Assembly (NCBI RefSeq): GCF_008831285.2 | Contig: NC_045138.2 | Coordinates: forward strand, 10,230,001-10,294,000 | Direction: 5' to 3' | Origin: Nymphaea colorata | Taxonomy: Eukaryota | DNA: 64,000 bases | Position numbers and translations under genes: made by a program | Part shown: positions 26,269-39,300 of the stretch, piece by piece | Layout of the letters: the number at the start of each line of letters is the position of its first letter | Numbering within the stretch: the first letter of the stretch is position 1 | Notes under the pieces: generated by a model | The model's database searches: none | Seen by the model: the letters and a program-made list of their open reading frames with translations, nothing else | What the model was told of the DNA's origin: nothing

Positions 26269-26694
26269 TAGGGGTGAACAACGAGTCAAGCTACTCGAGC
26301 TCGACTCTTTAAAGCTCAGCTCGTGAATGAGTTCGAGCCGAGTCATTTGCTTAACGAGTCGAGCTTGAGTTCATGAGTTGACTCGTTCAAATAATCAAGT
26401 TGAGTTCGAGCTCAACACATAACTGCCGAGTCGAGCTCAAGCTTTAATCGAGTTTGTCAAGCGTTAATCAAATCGATATATTCAAACGAGTTTACGAGTT
26501 TATCGAAACTTAATCAAGTCAAGATCGAGCTCCACAAGTAACTGTTGAGTCGAGCTCCAGCTGCTTCTGTCGAGCTCCAGCTGCTTCTGTCGAGCTATTC
26601 TCAAGCTTGAGCCGAGTCAAGCTCAAGGTTTCATTAGTCGAGTCGAGTTTGAGCTGATTGACCTCGGGCTTAACTCAGCTTGTGTTCACCCCTA
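26269..26694. mobile_element. hAT MITE
   Basis: TIRs taggggtgaaca / tgttcacccta(cccc run); TSD gttaatag / gttcatag (1 mismatch); GAGCTCGA/GAGTCGAG repeats. Confidence 0.92.
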
Positions 26695-28434
26695 GTTCAT
26701 AGTGAGCTATAGGAGTTCCTCACGGGTCCCATAAGAGCAATTTTAAGGGAATTCTTTTGATTACCGATATGTTCTTATCTTTATTTGTGCCAAAAGTGGG
26801 TATATGTATAAGATTCAAAACTTCTTGGAGGAAGTGAAGATACCCTCGGACCTACTAATCAACAAAGATAAATCTGAATTGTTGGGTATTAACCTAACTA
26901 AAGGCAGGAGATGCTAGTTGGCAGCGTGTCTAGGATGGAGTATCAATAGTTTCCTAACAAGCTCTTTGGGTCATCCTCTAACCAATGGATGATTATCAGA
27001 AAACATGTGCAGCCCGTTGATAGAGTGTATGGAAAGGAAATTAGCTGGCTGGAAAGCGAACCTCCTCTCCTATGGATTGTTTAATCAAGTATAATCTTGC
27101 TTCTGGTAACTATATGAAAGCCTATAAGTTGCTCAAGTCTATTATCTCTAAAATGGAAAGACTTATGTGCAACTTCTTGTGAAATGGTGTTGAATAGTGG
27201 CCACAAGCCCTATCCATATCTCTCGTAACTATGAAGGGGCCCACTCGCAATTACGAGATAATCTTTACAAAAGTTTTTCGAACTAAAGATCTTCTTTAAA
27301 ACAAATTTTGGTTTTACACTATCAATTCCTGAAATATCTCACTGTCCCTAACCGCACGTTGGGAATACAAGAAAACCTATGATGCTGGTTATAAAAGCCC
27401 AACAATACTCTAAAATTAGGATAATCAAGATCTTACCCTTGATCGAGCCTCATAGAAGCAAACCTGGTTATCACCCTACTTCTGTCTCAGTTTCTCTTCT
27501 TCTTTTTCCCATTTCAGCTGCAGCTGCTACCTATTGTTTTGGTGCTTCTACTACTTGTGCACTCATCATGGAGACTCTATTGGTGAACTTGGCGTGAAAT
27601 GCATAATTGATGAAAGGCACCATTCCGCTGTACAAACTCCAACAGTGGTATCAGATCCAAGGATACCACTCGAGCTACTCGAGCTCGACTCGTAAGTAAG
27701 TTCGAGCTGCATGATGTGTTGAATGAGTCGAGCTCGAGCTCACAAATTGACTCGTTCAACTAATCGAGTCGAGTTCACTCGACTGGAACCGTTACAGCTC
27801 GACTCGGCTCAAATGTGTAAATACCGGTTTTGAAAAACTGGTTTCCAAAAGCGTCTCAGTCAGAAACCCTCTTTTTAGTTTTAGGTTTTTGCTTTCCTTT
27901 TTGTTCTCTCTCTCTCTCCCGTCTCTCCTCGTCTCGAAACTTCTCCTTCTCTTTGTCTCTAGTTTTGAAACTTTTTCCCCCATTGCAACCCTAACCTTAA
28001 CTCGTAGATCTTCCGCCCGTGGGCCGCTTCAGCCTTCAAGGTCAGCCAGCAGCTCCGCTTCGGCCTTCTCCCTTCAGCTTTCAGCCCAAGGTTCCTACCT
28101 GTGCCTGCTGCAAAGGGGGCAAGTTTCCTTGATATTTCAGTCCTTTCTTTTTTTCCCGTGCTTTGTTGGAAGATAGGAGGTTGCCATCTTGTTAGATATT
28201 TCTTGCTCGCTTTTGTGTTTCTGTTTTTTATAGTATTCTGGTTTTCCCCTAGCAAATCATTGTGTATTGTTGGTACTCGGTACTTATGTTTGGTGATCCC
28301 TTTTTTGTATATTTTCTCATAGTAAGGATCCCCTCATTTTCCTGAAAAATGGAGAATGGTTCCGGCATGAAAATCCATGTTATCCCCAACTAAATAAACA
28401 AGAGATGCTCTCATTCCCACCTGTATACGTTTTA

Positions 28435-28851
28435 TTACTTTGGGGCAAATACTGCCTGAGCTGACATGATTATGCCCACAATAACTCCAAACAACCCAAG
28501 AGCACTACCAAAGATTTCAATCACCAATATCTTCACAAACAGTGATGAATTTTGAGCATCAGCCAGTGCACAACTGCTGCCGATTATTCCCACACAGACC
28601 CTGTTGCAAAAGAAGTATTCAACTATCTGAGGTGCCTGAAGACCTAATGAATCTCTCGAGCAAGAAGAGAAATACATACCCACAAACCAAGTTGGCAAAA
28701 CCAACAATGATGCCAGAAGCAAAGATGGCATATCCGACTCTGAGTGAATCAGGGGAATATATTTTTGATGGTGGGACGCTCTCTAGTTTTGTTCAGAGAA
28801 TGTTTGCCACTATAACACCATAAATGGTGATAGCTTCACAAAAAAATTACA
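28435..28851 (-). pseudogene. VHA-c'': Captured V-ATPase proteolipid subunit c'' fragment: last two exons (28851-28680, 28600-28435) and a 79-nt intron
   Basis: [92 protein letters not shown]; intron GTATGT..CAACAG; +1 T frameshift and one in-frame stop. Confidence 0.93.
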
Positions 28852-29039
28852 CTAAAAAAGATTATGACAAAACAAAGTCATATGTAAGAATTCATAGTTA
28901 ATGAAATACGTGTCGTAAGTAACTTTAATGAGAAGGCACAAATGTTTGACACATTTTGCTAACAAAAAAAAAAAAAAGATTTTAAGTTTTAAATCCGGAA
29001 ATACTTCAGATGTCACGAAGAAGCTTATGGAAATAGGTC

Positions 29040-30781
29040 CCAACATCGATGCTTAATCAATAAGAGAGATAATTGTAAAATTAGTGGCAACCGGAGAACA
29101 TCCTTTTTCTATAGTGGATAATTGTTGGTTTAGGTTCCTTCTTAGGCTTGGTTTTCCTAATTGGGTGCCAGTTTTAAGAATGACAGTTAGGAGAGATGTC
29201 ATTAAATTATATGAGGATGAAAAGAAGAAATTGAAAAAAGTCTTGAAGGGTGTTGATAAGATTGCTTTGACTACAGATACGTGGACATCAAACCAACAAC
29301 TTGGATATATGGCATTAACAACACATTTCATTGATAAAGAGTGGAATATGCAACAATGTATCATCAACTTTACCGAAGTTGAGCCACCTCATACTGGGTT
29401 AGTTTTAGCAAATGTAATTGCTAAGCATCTTGCAGATTGAAAGATTAAAAAGAAAATAATATCTATTACAGTCGACCATACTTCAACAAATGATGTTCTT
29501 GTCAGAAAATTAAAAGAGAACATGGAAAAAAGCTGCATCAACTTGTATTATGGAGGTAAATTTTTTCATGTGGTGCACATATTTTGAATCTAATGGTACA
29601 AGATAGGTTGAGTGCCATGAAAGATGCAATAAAATATATCAAAGTTTCACCTTCAAGATTCCATGGTTTTGCTGTAGCTAGAGAGTTGAAAATTTCAACG
29701 ACAAAGAAGTTAGTGTTAGATGTACCAACTCGATGGAATTCAACATATTTTATATTGGAAACAACTCTTGCATATAAAGATACTTTTGCAAGATACAACA
29801 TGGAAGACCCAGACTTGATATGGTTGCTTGGACCTAAGGATTGGGAAAAAATAGTAGTGATATGTGATTTTCTTCAAGTTTTCTACTATGTCTCCACCTT
29901 ATTTTTTGGGTCATCTTATGCAACAACAAACTTGTATTTTCTTGAAATTTGGAGAGTTCAAGAAATATTGCAGGAAAATGTTGAAAATAAAAGTGGATTT
30001 ATGAAGGCAATGACAATGAAAATAAAGGAGAAATTTGATAAATATTAGAAATCCTGTAACTTGGTAATGATTATTGCATCTATATTAGATCCACGCTTAA
30101 AACTCACATTATAAGAATTTGTTTTTTCAAAAATTTACCAGTCAAGATAAGAAAAGGAAGAACAAATGGAAACGACAAAACAATCTTTACAAGATATTCA
30201 TGAAACTTACATCCAAAGAAATGAAGTGGATGCTAATATTTCTACCATATCAACTAATGTCTCCAGTATTCAAGGTCGAGAGAGTCGAGACACACCACGC
30301 GGTGGAAGAAAGCTATTTTTTAAGTTCTTAGGTAAAGTTGAGAATGTTGTTTTTCAGGTCACCAAATCCAAGATAGACACATATTTGGATGATGAATTGA
30401 TTAAACATGATGATAATGGTGATGAAGATTCTTTCAATATTTTGCAATGGTGGAAAGATAAAGAATCCAAGTATCGAATCTTTTTACAAATGGCACATGA
30501 TCTGTTGTCTATTCCAATATCTTCTGTTGCTTCAAAAAACTCTTTTAGTACATGAGGTTGAATTCTTAATGATAGTCATAGTTCATTGATACCAAAAATA
30601 GTTGAAGCTTCGGTTTGTTTAGGTACTTGGGTAAAGAATGATCCAATGCATGAAGTATTAACAAAAGTAAGTATGTTTTGAAGAAATTGTATTCATTAAA
30701 TATTTTATGAATCATTTGTTAACTGACTATATATATTTCTTTTAGGATGAGGAATCAAGTGAATATGTATCATTAGAATGA
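29040..30781 (+). pseudogene. hAT transposase pseudogene lacking the BED finger
   Basis: HPFSIVDN, IALTTDTWTS..YMALTTHFID, CGAHILNLMVQD, LDVPTRWNSTY, ILDPRLK, ILQWWK..DLLSIPISSVASK; small terminal exon 30746-30781 after a GT-AG intron. Confidence 0.92.
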
Positions 30782-33700
30782 TCCAAGTTGCCTCTTGGTA
30801 ATGCTTGTTTTTTCTCGTTCTTTTGCTTTCTTCTTTTCTTGATCTAATGTGATTCTAGTGTCTGTTTGTGTTGCCTTTTGCAGGTTTTCTGCTTTGATGT
30901 CCAATGTTCATGAATCATGATTGTGTGAAGAGCTTCTATATAAAGTGAGTATGTGAATTCGAGATAGTGATACAGTTTCTTAACTTTCCTTCACCTCTTA
31001 AAGAATGTTCTTGCTACACCTTTTGCTTCTTGGTGCCTTTTTTTTCATTATTTTCAGTGTTTATGACCACTGTGCACTTAAAAAGTCATTTTTTAGATTT
31101 GACAATAATGTGACATAGTCCTTTTTCTATGTTATTCAGGAGCTTGCTGTTATTGTGGCTAGAGGAAGGAATAGTTCATTTTCATGTTTTGGTTCCTTGA
31201 GAGGAGAGAGGGTTCTCAAAACATAGTTGTTGTTGCAATTTAATCATGTTAAGTTATTTATAAATGTCTGGATGACTTGTTCATGTTGATTATTGTGGCC
31301 AGAGGAAGGGATGGTTCATTTTCATGTTTTGCTTCATTTTTTTGCCTTTTCAATTGGGCATTAGAAAGAAAAGAAATAAGTAAGATCAATTGTTTGTACC
31401 TTTGTTCACATATTTTTACATATTTCTGAACAAGCTAATTATGTAGAAGTGCCATTCATTTGGAATGAATTTGATAAAACTGCATAACCAAAGTCATATG
31501 TTGACAGCACTGTTAGCTTCATCAATTGTTTCTTGTCCATGGTAACAGGAATCTCTTCTTACAGTTACAAGTACTTGTCATTGATGCTGCTGCACCTTGT
31601 CCATGGTAATAAACGTTGATTCTAACAATTATTTATAATTTTAAGCAGAAAATTTAGATGTAAAATGATAAAAACGAGTATTCTAACATAACATTATTTA
31701 TGGAGAGGTAGAACAGAGGAAATGCTTGTGATTTGCATTACACTTTGTTGGCATTTCTTGTTTTTTTATCAAATTTCATTGTTCAATTGGAGTTTGAAGG
31801 TGACGAAATATGTTCCTAAGGCAGCATAATGGTAGCATATCTTATTCATGACAGACGACGTTGATTCTGATATGCTCTAGCACTTGAACACACTAATCAG
31901 GGAGTATATATTGATAATCATTGTGTCCTCTTGGTAGGATTGAGTTGAAAGAAAAGGACATTGAATTTGTTATCCTGATAGTCAATGATTCAGTCGGTCT
32001 AACTATTCTATGTTCATTCATTGAAGTACCAATTATTTCATTCTGAAAGTTTGCTTGGATATTTAGTTAACAGTCTCAGTAATCCCTCAGGCAGCTATTT
32101 GTTTAGTCTTTGTCTAATAGTGATCAGACACTGCCGCCTGTTGGTTTGGTTTGGCACCATGGTGCGGACCTAAGATTGGATGTTGGCTTTGATAATTGTT
32201 AGAACTTGCAGCTCTGGCAAATGCACAACAACCAGGTTTGGGTTCTCAGAAATGTGAAACAAATCTGACCTTATGGGGAGATGAATTTTATAGTAGACAT
32301 TGAAAACCCAAATTCTATTTATTCAAATTTGCAAAGAGTGAACTCCTCAAATACAACCTTTTTTTTTTCTCTCGCCTTGACAGATTCATAACGAGCCAAT
32401 CGAGCCTTAATCGAGCTCGATTCGTAACGAGTTAATCGAGCCTTAATCGAGCTCGATTCGTAACAAGTTAATCGAGCCTTAGTTGAGCTCGAGCTCAACA
32501 GGTAAGGATGAGTATCAAACGAGTTTGTCGAGCTTAATCGAGTCGAGCTCGAGCTCAAGACGTAAATATCAAGTCGAGTTCGAGCTAGTGTAGTCGAGCT
32601 CGAGTTGAGTTGAGCTTGAGGTCTTATTTAGTCGAGCCGAGCTTGAGCTGACTGAACTCGGGCTCAACTCGGCTCGTGTTCACCCCTAGATATCAATATG
32701 GTTTGAAACAAGTAATTAAATTTCAGATGATGAAACTTACTAGCATGCTAGAATTATATAAATCTATACATCAATAGAAAGCTATCGTGAATGCCTGAGC
32801 ATGCTAGATGATATAACTTGCAGTATATTAGAAAATATTATATTCAAGTAGTTCTAGTTAAAATAGAGGAACTCAGTGTTGAAAAGAGAACTTCTGCTCA
32901 AAATAATGCTATCTTTTTTTTTGTGGTCTACAAACATTAATAAACGATAAGAAGAAGGATACAATGAAGGGAAGCACACACAAAACAAAATTTAGATTAG
33001 ATGTTCAACAAACCTGAGTGGTCACCGCTGTCTCTTTTTCGGCAACTGGTACGGAAGTTGTTGTTCCTCTTTCCGACAGACGTGCAGGTAGGTGACCAAA
33101 CTCAAGTTTTGTCTCTCGAGAGAAGGGGATTTCAGCTCCTCTCAAGGGTTTCTGGTCTAAGGCATCGTAGACCAGAAACCCTCCTCTCCCCAACAACAGT
33201 TGTGGCTTCCGGCATACCCGATATAGCCCTCTGTCACTACCCTTCAGATCTGGCCGCCCTCTATCATTGATACGATGAAACAAAGCACCGACCAAAGTTC
33301 AACCGCTGCTCCCTCCGCCGCATTGCATCCAGGTCGATGACACTAGCCGGAAACAAAGTTACTGGCTCGCCGACCACAGCTCCTATTTCCTCCTTGCGAC
33401 AACCCAAACTCCAACAGAGAGGGTTCCAGAGTTATTGTTGCTCCGTGCCAGAGTTATTGTTGCTCGTTGGCCCCAGTTCTGGCCATCTTCTTCTTAGCAA
33501 CGAAGGTTCGAGAGAAGAGAGAAACAATGGACGAAGCCCTAGCATAGAGGTTTCATGAGAAGAGAGAGAAGATCGAACAAAAAAAATAAAGAAAAAACTC
33601 CAGTTGAACAAATTTATAGCCTTAAATTAAAAATAACAGTTTCAGTCAACCCCTTTCACAATTTTTTCAAAAACGTTGTCGCATTTAACAAAAATTAATG

Positions 33701-35905
33701 CCACAATGTTTTTGCTATTTTTTTCCAGAAAGAGGCTTAGTTAAATTTATTTAAAACAAAAATTTATTCAAAATTGCATGGAGATACCCTCAGAGTTGTT
33801 AAAATTATTAAAAAAGGGTCTCAAAAAATAAAGAAGGAAAATCTTGATATAAAATTTCAAATTGAGGTCTCCTTGCTGCTAAATGATATTTTAGGATATT
33901 GTAGAGTATTCCTGACTTGATATGAATTTTTTTTATGCTGCACATACTATAATGGTGGATTGATTTCTTCTTGTTACTCCTTGCCATTAAAAATTCAAAA
34001 ACTTAAAAATGACTTCTAGAGTAGAAGCTTTAGAATTGGCCAAGACTGAAAAACTCAATGGGACCAACTTTCATATATCGAAATGAGGATTATGTGGACC
34101 TTGACACTTGAGAGGTTAATTCATGCCATTAACAAACCATTTCCGACCTTAGGAGACAAGTTCATAGATGAGGACAGGAAAACATATGATGCTTTTGAAA
34201 CTGATGACTTGATTGCTAAAACCATTATGTTAGCATTCATGGAAGATGACCTCATCATGGTATTTGAGGACTATCCAATAGCTAAGGAGATGTTTGATGC
34301 TATCTCCTCGAAGTATAATACCACTATTACAATGCATGCTCAGCTACTCCTAGAGCAGTATAATTCAAACAAAATGAATGAGTCAGATAGAGTAGTTGAT
34401 CATGTTAATAAGATGTTGGTCATGGCTAGAAACCTAGCTGTATTAGAAAATGTGATTTCAGATAACATGCAGATTTGTGCAATCCTAAATAGTCTAACCC
34501 CTTCTTGGGACATGGCTGTCACTGCCCTGAACCTTCAATTTGATACTTTGACTCTATAAAAGCTCCATATTCAACTAGCTGTTCAAGAAGAACACCTGAC
34601 TAAGAGAAAGAATGCAGAATTTATGACAGTCTAGGATAAACATGTTAGTAGTCATGTGTTAGTAAGACAAACAATTTAAAAAGAAAAATGATGGCAAGTT
34701 TAATGACAATTTTGCAGATTCTCAAAGACCTCAAGAAGCTATAGTGAAATGCTACATGTACAGGAAGTTCAACACATTAAGAAGAACTTCAAGACAAAGT
34801 TCCTGAACAAGAAGAACAATAATGGTCAGGACAATAACAATAGGAGGAAAGATCAAAGAGACTACAACAGAGAAGTCATATGTGTTGTGTCATAGTGTTT
34901 GTTCGTAAATAAAGAACTGACTGGTTGGTGGGTAGATTCATGGTTTACCCGCCACATAACTAAAACAAAGGAAGGTGTGGTTCGTATGGAACACCTGAGT
35001 TCAGAGTACAAAAGGTCTACATAGGAAATAATTCATATTGTGATGTCAGGAGAGTCGGGACATATCGACTCAATGTTGGGGGCACCAGTATCATTCTGAA
35101 CGAGGCTTTGTATTTTCATTCTATGAGGAGGAACCTAGTGTATGTTCCATGCTCTGTCTGGGAAATGTTTTGAAGTTCGTTTTGTTTCAAGAAAAGTCAC
35201 AATGGAAAAATATGACTGAACAATGTTTCAAGGAAAATATGTAAAAGAATATAACGTGTAAGCTTAATGAAATTAATAAAGTTTCAGGTTTTGCTTATAC
35301 TGGTTGTGCATTGAATGTGAATGTGAACTAATGACATGAGATATTAAGCCATGTAAGTATTAACAAGACGAATACTTTAACACAACAAGGTATAATACTC
35401 GATATTAATATAAATGATTTTGCGAAATGCGAGTCATGTCCATATGAAAAGATGATAAAGAAACCCTTTTCCTCTGAAGTAATTCAAGCCATTTATTTGT
35501 TGGAGATCATCCATACAGATATTTGTAGAACTTTCAGAGTCCAAACACGTAGTGACATGTTATATTTCATAACATTCATTGATGACTTCTCAAGATTTGG
35601 TTATCTTTACTTGATCAAACGTAAATTGAAGCCTTTGAGAAATTCGAAGAATACAAAAGTGAAGTCGAGAGACAACTTGGCAAATACATCAAGGTTGTAA
35701 GGTCTGATTGAGGTGATGAGTATACATCAAATGAATTCATCGAATACAGCAAATGTCTTGGAATTAATAGGCAAAAAATAATGTTTAAAACACCACAACA
35801 AAATGATGTAGCTGAGAGGTGCAATAAAACCCTCTTGAACATGCTAAGATCCATGTTAGCAGGTGCACACTTGCCCCAAGTGTTCTGTGGTAAAGTTGTA
35901 TTAAT

Positions 35906-36347
35906 TGTAATACCCCAAAAATTTAGTTTCATATTGAAGATTGTGAGAGATCTTCAAGTGCTTATAAAGTGAGTTATTAAGTAGATGGTTGTCCTAGTTC
36001 CTAGCATTTTTGGAGTTAAAGCAGAAACTTCTAGGGGGTGGGTTTGGATCCACTGAACTAGGGGCTCGAGCCCAGGAGTGGGTTTGGTTGATACTTTAGT
36101 ATCAAAGCAGGTTCAACACTCAGAACGCCGACGCGTGTGCCTTAAGGGGGGTGGATTGTAACACCCAAAAAATTTAATCTTGTATTTAAGATTGTGAGGG
36201 ATTTTCAATGGCTTATAAAAATGGTTATTAAAATAGATGGTTGTCATGGTTTTTAGTGTTTTTGAGGTTGGAGCCGAAAATGCTAAGAGGTGGGTTGGGA
36301 TCCACTGAACTAGGGGCTCGAGCCTAGAAGTAGGTCAGGTTGTTACA
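35906..36347 (+). mobile_element. TRIM (terminal-repeat retrotransposon in miniature) inserted in the copia integrase
   Basis: ~190-bp LTRs 35906-36095 and 36157-36347; decayed PBS tagtatcaaagc; PPT aagggggg; ~60-bp interior; TSD ttaat / ttaac. Confidence 0.9.
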
Positions 36348-39300
36348 TTAACAACTATGTCTACTATAATACAAAGCAGTTTCAACCACTCCTTATGAGA
36401 GATGGACTGGTGTGAAACCATATGTAAAATAACTCAGGAGATGAGGATCTATAGCCTCTGCCAAAGTCATAGATCCAAAAATGGATAAACTAGATAATAG
36501 ATTTGTAACATGTTTATTTATTAGATATCCAAAAGTATCCAAAGGCTACAAATTATATCATTTGACTATGAGACTTATCGAAAGTATAAATGTAGAGTTT
36601 CTAAAAGAATTCAATAATGATGACAATGATCCAGTGAAAGATCAAATTGTTCTACAGGATGGTCTGACTTACTCAGGTGAACACTTTGGCAATAAACTGA
36701 CTGAGGAACAGTATGACAATAAACCGACTAGAGAATAGTTTGGTAATGAACCAACTAATTATGATGTTTCATTCTCTCAGACTTTGTGGGCCATAAAAGA
36801 CGTAGAGCTCATCTTCTTATTTGAAAGAATATTACGTATATCTGACAAAGGAGCTATGTTATTTAATAGATATTAATGAAATATTAGGCAATTTGACATA
36901 TGATGAAGCAATAAATTTGCATGAATCATCAGATTGAGTAAATGCTATAGATGAGGAAATCAAATCCATAGAAAAGAATAAATATAAGAATTAGTAAATC
37001 CTCCTAAAGATAGAAAACCCATTGGGTATAAATGAGTGCTAAAGAAAAAGTATAAAGTTGATGGATCAATCGAGAAATTTAAAGCAAGACTGATGGCGAA
37101 GGGTTTTTTCCAAAATAAAGGAATTGATTATTTGAAAACCCATTCACTAGTTGCAAAATTTATTCAATCTGAATCGTTTTGGCTATGGCAACATTCTATA
37201 AGTTGGATATATTCTAGATGGATGTAAAGATTGTCTTTTTAAATGGTGAGTTAAAAGAAATTATATATATGACACAACTACCTAGATATGTAATCGAAGA
37301 GAATAAAGATAAAGTATACAAGAAAAAAATCCTTGCACAACTTGAAGCAGCCTCCCAAACAATTTTATTTTGCTTTTCACAAGGTAATCACTAAGCTTGG
37401 ATATATAGCAAATCAGCCAGACTATTGTGTATATGTATGAAAAAATGAAAGTCTTTTTTGCATTATGTCATTATATGTCGATGACATTTCATTGACTAAA
37501 AATGATATTCAAAACAAATACTTGGCTAAACAAAAACTTTGAAATGAAAGGTATGGGTGAAGCATCCTATATCATACGAATAAAGATCACTCGAGATATA
37601 AACTCGAGGATTCTGAGTTTGAGCCAAGAACGATACATTGATTATATCTTAAAAAACTTCTAAATGCAAGATTGCAAACCTGATGAGACTTCCATAGTAA
37701 AAGGAGAAAATCTAAGCAGAAGCAATTATCCTAATAAAGAACAACAAAAACTAAATGTCACATATGCTCAGGTTGTTGGGAATTTAATGTATCTAATGCT
37801 ATGCACAAAACTTGACATAAATTCTCCTATTGTTCTTGTAAGCCACGACCAAAGTAATCTTGGTTGGCCTCACCAGAAAACAGTAAAAAAGTTTTTCACT
37901 ATATACAAAGAAACAAAAGACTTGAAATTTTCATACCAAACTAATGAATTAGCTTTAGTTGGCTATTCTGATATAGATTTTGCATGTTGTAAAGACGATA
38001 GTAAGTCCACATCTAGATATGTGTTTTTCTTTGGAGGTGGAGTGATATCCTGGATTTGTTAAAAACAAGGATGTGTTGCTCAACATACTCAAGAAGCAGA
38101 GTACATAGTCTGTAGTGTTGCAACTACCGTTACTGTCTAAATAAATTGGTTCTTGAAAGACTTGAAGTTAGATCTTGATCATGAACTAGTTCAACTATAT
38201 TGTGATAATCAGCCAATGATATTTCTTATAAAAATGGAGCAGTTAGCTCAAAGAGTAAACATATAATGGTGAAATACCATTATGTTTATGAAATGATTGA
38301 GAAAAATGAAATCTCAGTTGATTGCATGTCTACCAATGATATGGTAGCTGACCCCTTAACTAAGGGAATTTCTGAAGCTCTGCTTACCAAGCATGTAGCA
38401 CATACGGGACGAAAATATATTTGAAAGGTGCGAAGGAAAGCCGTTCAAAGAAAAACATTGTTATAAACCTTGAACAAATTTAAGTTAAAATGGATAAACC
38501 AACTGTGAAAAATTATGTAGCTCAAATTAAAGGAAACCTACAATAGTGGAAGCAAATTGATGGTCTCATGACCAAGTGGGAGATGTTGAATAGTGGCATG
38601 AGTCCTATCCATATCTCTTCTAATTGCATGGGGGCCCGCTTGCAGTTACGAGATAATCTTTACAAAAGTTTTTCGAATTGAAGATCTTCTTTAAAACAAA
38701 TTTTGGTTTTACCCTATCTATTCTTGAAATATCTCACTGGCCCTAACCATACAATGGGAATACGGGAAAACCTAGGAGGCTGGTTATAAAAGCCCAACAA
38801 TATTCTATAATTAGGTTAATCGAGAGATTACCCTTGGTCAAGCCTCATAGAAGCAAACCCGGTTATCACCTACTTCTGTCTCTATTTCTCTTCTTCTTTT
38901 TCCCTTTTAAGCTGCAGCTGCTACCTACTGTTTCGGTACTTCTACTGTTCATGTGCTCATTCTGAAGACTCCGTTGGTGAACTTTTTCATGAAACTCAGA
39001 ACTGATCAAAGGCATCATTCTGCTGCACAAACTCCAACAAATGGAAAAAGCAAGCAACACTTGATCACCAGGGTGCAATTGAGCAAACACCCAAGCGAAG
39101 GGGGTGTTGATGTGAGAAAGCTGAAAGATCGGAATCGGGTCTTGCTTATGAGTAGAACCTGCCACATGATTATTGCCAATTCCAATACTTGGAAGTGGCT
39201 CCATAATAGATATCCAAGCAATGGTAAAGGTAGTGGTAGAGCCAGAAAAATTGATTGGAGGAGCACTTGTTTAAAAATACTCATATTTGGTGGGGCACTT

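Larger units (their letters stand above)
27670..32688 (+). mobile_element. hAT (Ac-like) element with captured gene fragment; left TIR deleted
   Basis: Right TIR gtgttcacccta-type at 32688, same as MITE 26269; GAGCTCGA subterminal arrays at both ends; flanks gataccac / gatatcaa (6 of 8 match). Confidence 0.88.
27188..39039 (+). mobile_element. Full-length Ty1/copia element (decayed) with nested hAT and TRIM
   Basis: LTRs 27188-27644 and 38584-39039; perfect TSD AATGG; PBS tggtatcagatc at 27646; PPT caagtgggaga; gag-pol from ATG 34009 (KLNGTNF, IIHTDIC, FITFIDDFSR, KFKARL, YVDDI, GYSDIDF) to ~38420. Confidence 0.95.

Noticed and set aside
26280..26690. GAGCTCGA arrays (also 27670-27810, 32390-32680) and CGTATCG arrays (4897-5050) as CRISPR-like repeats
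   Set aside because: Irregular short motifs inside TIRs, no unique spacers or cas genes; these are hAT subterminal repeats
28435..28731. 98-aa ORF as a functional or retroposed V-ATPase gene
   Set aside because: The ORF reads through an intron; the upstream exon has a frameshift and a stop; the retained intron excludes a retrocopy
35906..36347. Cassandra (5S rRNA-bearing) TRIM
   Set aside because: No convincing 5S A/C-box sequence in the LTRs
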